Source: Malacoraja senta (Eukaryota). From it: 64,000 nt of DNA. The notes beneath the pieces were generated by a model that was given only the letters and a program-made list of their open reading frames with translations, made no database searches and was not told the origin of the DNA. Positions 58,899 to 64,000 of this stretch are shown one piece after another; position 1 is the stretch's first letter, and the number at the start of each line of letters is the position of its first letter. A program made the position numbers and the translations under genes. The DNA lies in assembly GCA_038087875.1 (NCBI GenBank), contig CM075993.1, forward strand, positions 1,924,001 to 1,988,000, read 5' to 3'.

Positions 58899-59357
58899 CC
58901 CTCATCTGTTGCCAGAGATAGACACCAAAAGCTGGAGTAACTCAGTGGGACAGGCAGCATCTCTGGAGAGAAGGAATGGGTGACGTTTCCGGTCGAGACC
59001 CTTTCTTCAGACGGAGAGTCTGGGGAGAGGGAGACGAGAGATATAGACGGGGATGTAGAGAGATATGGAACAACTGAAAGAAAGATGTGCAAAAAAGTAA
59101 TGATGATAAAGGAAACTGGCCATTGTTGGCTGTTTGTTGGGTGAGAATGAGTGCAGGCAATGTGACTAAAATAAGACAACTTTGAAGCTGGTACGACTTG
59201 TGTGTGGGAGGGATGGAGAGAGAGGGAATTATATCATCTGTTGCCAGCTCTCATTTCGCTGCCAGTTTCTTTTGTTACGAGCTATACAGTCAATGGAAAC
59301 ACCATTCTTGATTATTGTAGTAGCCATTTAGCCAATTATGATCAAGCTGTCCACAGG

Positions 59358-59597
59358 AGACAAAAATGCTGGAGAAACTTCGCGGGTGAGGCTGCATCTA
59401 TGGAGCGAAGGAAATAGGCAACGTTTCGGCCCGAAACGTTGAAGGAAATAGGCAACGGTTCGGGGCAAAACCCGGAAGGGTTTCGGCCCGAAACGTTGCC
59501 TATTTCCTTCGCTCCATAGATGCTGCTGCACCCGCTGAGTTTCTCCAGTATTTTTGTCTACCTTCGATTTTCCAGCATCTGCAGTTCCTTCTTAAAC
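59358..59597. repeat. Palindromic Neptune-terminus repeat
   Basis: Head-to-head copies around an AAACCCGGAAGGGTTT hairpin. A second palindrome lies at about 59767-59970. Confidence 0.8.
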
Positions 59598-60489
59598 AAG
59601 CTGTCCACAGTGTTCAGATACAGGATAAAGGCAATGACGTTTAATGCAAGATAAAGTCTGATTAAAGATTGTTGAAGGGTCTCCAATGAGGTAGATGGGA
59701 GGTCAAATTTGCTCTCTAGTTGGTGAGAGAACGATGTTTTTTTTAATATTCTTTCAATCTATTGTTAGACACCAAATGCTGGAGTAACTCAGCAGGACAG
59801 GCAGCATCTCTGGAGAGAAGGAATGGGTGACGTTTCAGGTTGAGACCCTTCTTCAGACCCAAAACATCACCCATTCCTTCTCTCCAGAGATCCTGCCTGT
59901 CCCGCTGAGTTACTCCAGCTTTTTGTGCCTACCTTCGATTTAAACCAGCATCTGCAGTTCTTTCCTACACATTTTGTCTGCCCCACTGCGAAATCTCCTC
60001 AAGGTATGTGCGTACTTTGAAGAAACTCAGCGGGTCCTTTGAGGAACATAGAAACATAGAAAATAGGTGAAGGAGGAGGCCATTTGGCCCTTCGAGCCAG
60101 CACTGCCATTCATTGTGATCATGGCTGATCATCCCCAATCAGTAACCCGTGCCTGCCTTCTCCCCATATATCCCTTGATTCCACTAGCCCCTAGAGCTCT
60201 ATCTAACTCTATCTATCTAAGGAGGAAGTTCTCCTCCTCGCTTCGACGAGAGTTCAGGATCGGTCTGAAGAAGGGTCTCGACCCGAAACGTCACCCATTC
60301 CTTCTCTCCAGTGATGCTGCCTGTCCCGCTGAGTTACTCCAGCGTTTTGTGTCGTTTTAAAACTATTCTTACAATCTATAGTTTGGAAAGATCTAATAGC
60401 ACGGCTTTACTTGAGTGATTTGGTAATGATCTCAAAATTATCTGGCCTTATCTCACCTTACTCAGTCTTGCTAAAGATTGGATTCTGCT

Positions 60490-60600
60490 GTACATTGGCC
60501 AGAGTGAGTCCCACCACAAATTGGAGGAGCAGCACCTCATATTTCTCTTGGGCAGTTTGCACCCCAGCGGTACGAACATTGACTTGTCCAATTTCAGGTA
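60490..60600 (+). mobile_element. Neptune PLE ORF C-terminal fragment
   Basis: KLEEQHLIFLLGSLHPSGTNIDLSNFR. Confidence 0.78.
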
Positions 60601-61256
60601 TTCCCTTATCATGTATCTGTACACTGTGAATGGCTCGATTGTAATCATGTATTGTCTCTCCGCTGGCTGGTCAGCACGCAGCAAAAGCTTTTCACTGTAT
60701 CTCGGTACACGTGACAATAAACTGAACTGAACTGGACAACGGGCGCTGTCTGTGTGGAGTTTGCATGTTCTCCGCATGGGTTTTCTCCGGGCGCTCTGGT
60801 TTCCTCCCACATCCACGAAGACGTGCGGGTTTGTAGGTCCATGCATTGACCAAGCATTGGGTCTATATAATTCTAAAATACTTAATCATAATACTTAAAT
60901 TGGACAAGCTGCTGCATTGTTGAGAGCAAGATCAGTATGGTGGATTACACATTCCCAGCGGTAAGCGAAGGTCAGTCGCAGAGAGGCCATCAGTCACTGA
61001 TTACCGCCTCTTCTTGTTGAAGACCCACTGACAATGAAGGATTTACTCTCAAAAACCTAAATCACAATTCCTAAGCCTCAAAATGATTTTGTGCAAGAAT
61101 ATATTTTGACCTGCTTAATGCTTACGTTTATCTTAAGTGCAAGATGCACTTAATCTATTGATAAAATATCAAAGTGTTTGCCCAGAAATATGTTCTGTTC
61201 TTGCATGTTAATTGGGACTTTCAAAGTTGGCTGTATTATCTAAAACCTATGCAGAG

Positions 61257-61520
61257 AATAGACAATAGACAATAGACAATAGGTGCAGGAGGAGGCCATT
61301 TGGCCCTTCGAGCCAGCACCGCCATTCAATGTGATCATGGCTGATCATCCACAATCAGTACCCCGTTCCTGCCTTCTCCCCATATCCCCTGACTCCGCTA
61401 TTTTTCAGAGCCCTGTCTAGCTCTCTCTTGAAAGCATCCAGAGAACCTGCCTCCACCGCCCTCTGAGGCAGAGAATTCCACAGACTCGCCACTCTCTGTG
61501 AGAAAAATTGTTTCCTCGTC
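61257..61520 (-). mobile_element. CR1 3' end
   Basis: (GACAATA)n tail subfamily. Confidence 0.85.
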
Positions 61521-61587
61521 TCCTTTATCCATTAATTTAGGACAGGGAGGAAAATAGATCTTCAATTTAAAAGAATAAATATACAGA

Positions 61588-61891
61588 CCACGGTGGCGCA
61601 GCGGTAGAGTCACTGCCTCACAGCGCCAGAGACACGGGTTCGATCCCGACTACAGGTGTTGTCTGTATGGAGTTTGTACATTCTCCCACTGACCAGGGTG
61701 GGTTTTCTCCAGGTGCCCCGGTTTCTTCCCACACTACTAAGCCGTAGGTTAATTTAGCGTTGGTTGGAATTGTAAACTGTCCCTAGTGTGCAGGATGGTA
61801 CCAGTGTGCGGGGTGATCGCTGGTTGGCACAGACTCGATGGGCCGAAGGGCCCTGTTTCCGAGCTGTATCTCTAAACTAAGCTAAACTAAA
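61588..61891 (+). mobile_element. HE1/V-SINE-type SINE
   Basis: Full copy. Confidence 0.87.
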
Positions 61892-62049
61892 CCATCAATA
61901 TTGTAGTTTTAGTATTAATCATCTTTGAAGAAAGATTGTAGAAACAAGGAACTGCAGATGCTGGCTTACCAAGGAAAGATACAAAATGCTGGAGTAACTC
62001 AGCGGGTCAGGCAGCATCTCTGGAGAACATGGATAGGTGATGTTTCAGG

Positions 62050-62358
62050 TTTAGTTTAGAGATACAGCGCGGAAACAGTCCGTTCAGCCCATCGAGTCTG
62101 TGCCAACCAGCGACCCCCGCACACCAACACTATCCTACACACACTAGGGACAATTTTACATTTGCACCAGGCCAATTAACCCACAAACTTGTAGATCTTT
62201 GGAGTGCGGGAGGAAACCGAAGATCTCGGAGAAAACCCACGCGGTCACGGGGAGAACGTGCAAACTCCGTAGCGCCCGTATTCGGGATCGAGCTCGTGTC
62301 TCTGGCGCTGCAAGCGCTGTAAGGCAGCAACTCTACTGCTGCGCCACCATGACCGCCC
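62050..62358 (-). mobile_element. HE1/V-SINE-type SINE
   Basis: Reverse-complement full copy. Confidence 0.87.
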
Positions 62359-62659
62359 CACTTCAGAATCTACTTCAGACTGAAGAAGAAGAAAGGTCCT
62401 GACCTTAGACATCACCAATCCATGTTCTCCAGAGATGCTGCTTGAGTTACTCCAGCATTTTGTACCTTGCGTTGATTAGTCCTTGTTCCTTCACAGAGCT
62501 TTGGGCACCTCTACTGAAGTGACGTGGCACGTTTGTTTTTATTGATAACAACTAACAGAAGACTTGCGTTGGACAATGAGACGTGATGTGTCATGTTTGC
62601 TCATGCTTGCTTGTTCTATCTTCATCAGCTCTCTGCTGTAGTCCAAACCTAGGTCTTTG

Positions 62660-62977
62660 GGCAGCGCAGTGGTGCAGCGGGTAGAGCTGCTGCCTGGCAG
62701 CACCAGGGACCTGTGTTCGATCCTGATCTCGGGTGCCCTCTGTGTGGAGTTTGCACGTGATCAGAAGGGTTTCCTCCGGGTGCTCCGGTTTCCTCCCACA
62801 TCCCAAAGACGTGCGGGTTTGTAGGTTGATTGGCCCTCTGTAAATTGCCCCTAGTGTGTAGGGAGTGGATGGGAAAGTGGGATAGCATAGAACTAGTGTG
62901 AACTAGTTGGCATGGACTCGGTGGGCCGAATGGCCTGTTTCCATACTGTACCTCTTAACTAAAACTTCTAAACTAAA
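62660..62977 (+). mobile_element. HE1/V-SINE-type SINE
   Basis: Head, core and tail present. Confidence 0.85.
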
Positions 62978-63304
62978 GGATCAATGTCTTGACTTCCTCT
63001 TCGGCTGAACACAATCAGTGAACTTTGTTTTCCGAGTGTGACGGAGGATTAGGAAGTTAATAGCTGCACAGGCTTGGTGCATAATGGTTCAGTTAATGGA
63101 TTGCAAGCTGGAGGCTAGTGCGATTGATCCAGTAATATGACTTCAAGTCCCACCACTTGAATTTAAATTGAAGAAAGTAAATAAATTATTGCAGTTAGGT
63201 GCCCATGAAAACACACGATTATCTTGTCCGTTTGTGTCCTTTTCGGGAAGAAATCCACCATTTTACCCGGTTTTGGCCCATATATCAGTCCAGTCCCGCT
63301 AATC

Positions 63305-63520
63305 CGCCAGCGATCACCCCGTACACTCTCCGACACACACCAGGGACAATTCACAATTTTGTACCGAAGCCAATTAACCTGCAAACCCGCACGTCTTTGG
63401 AGTGTGGGAGGAAACTGGGGCACCTGGAGAAAACCCACGCAGGTCACTGGGAGAAGGTACAAACTCCGTACAGACAGGACCCGAGGTCGGGATCGAACCC
63501 TGGTGTTTGGCGCTGCACCT
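63305..63520 (-). mobile_element. HE1/V-SINE-type SINE (partial)
   Basis: Core and B-box on the minus strand. Confidence 0.82.
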
Positions 63521-63705
63521 CCGTGCCACTCCTAAGGGAATAGACAGGCGACATTTCAGTTCGGAACCCTTCTTCCCACTCCAACGTACATTGTTTTGAC
63601 AAGGCAGTGTTAATTGCAAGAGAGGTATGAATTAGATGCACAAATATTGGGGCCTGGCACTGGGGAGTGGTTCATATGTACCTGGGTTAGCAGAAGTGTG
63701 ATGAG

Positions 63706-63957
63706 GGGCGGCATGGTGGCGCAGCGGTAGAGTTGCTGCCTCACAGCGCCAGAGACACGGGTTCGATCCTGACCAGGGGTGCTGTCTGTACACCCCTCCC
63801 CGTATTTTCTCCCCGTGACCACGTGGGTTTCTTCCGGGTGCTCCGGTTTCCCCCCTAGTGTGTAGGATAGAACTGGTGTATGGGTGATCGCTGGTTGGTG
63901 CGGACTCTGAGGATGTAAGGACCTGTTTCCATGCTGTATCTCTAAACTACACTAAAT
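63706..63957 (+). mobile_element. HE1/V-SINE-type SINE with internal deletion
   Basis: GGTGGCGCAGCGGTAGAG head, GGTTCGATCC, and TCTCTAAACT tail. Confidence 0.85.
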
Positions 63958-64000
63958 GAGGGGATTGGGGTTTTCGGAAGGTAGAATTCATTTTGGGATT

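Overview
Eukaryotic, repeat-dense, apparently non-coding DNA. The repeat repertoire points to a cartilaginous fish, probably a skate or ray (inference). It contains HE1/V-SINE-type tRNA-derived SINEs, CR1-clade LINEs, Rex1/Babar LINE pieces and Penelope-like (Neptune) termini. No host protein-coding exon could be identified, and almost all six-frame ORFs are repeat translations. Real coding content is all from mobile elements: one 5'-truncated CR1 LINE (SGNH-esterase ORF1 remnant plus an open 977-codon APE-RT ORF2 at about 41.2-44.9 kb), several RT fragments, and a Neptune GIY-YIG endonuclease fragment. Ten PIF/Harbinger-type MITEs have TAA/TTA target duplications. There are two 200-N assembly gaps. 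The most notable observations are: (1) a CAAAG-terminated DNA-transposon family with 8-bp TSDs, plus two 27-32 bp relics made only of the two element ends between duplicated targets, resembling P-element excision footprints; (2) a T TTA AAC slippery heptamer at the CR1 ORF1 stop that links ORF1 to the AUG-less ORF2 by a -1 shift; (3) many Neptune-derived minimal hammerhead ribozyme cores, present as monomers, a tandem trimer and head-to-head palindromes, including two copies with a flipped hairpin loop; (4) a promoter-like CpG-rich patch cut by an assembly gap.
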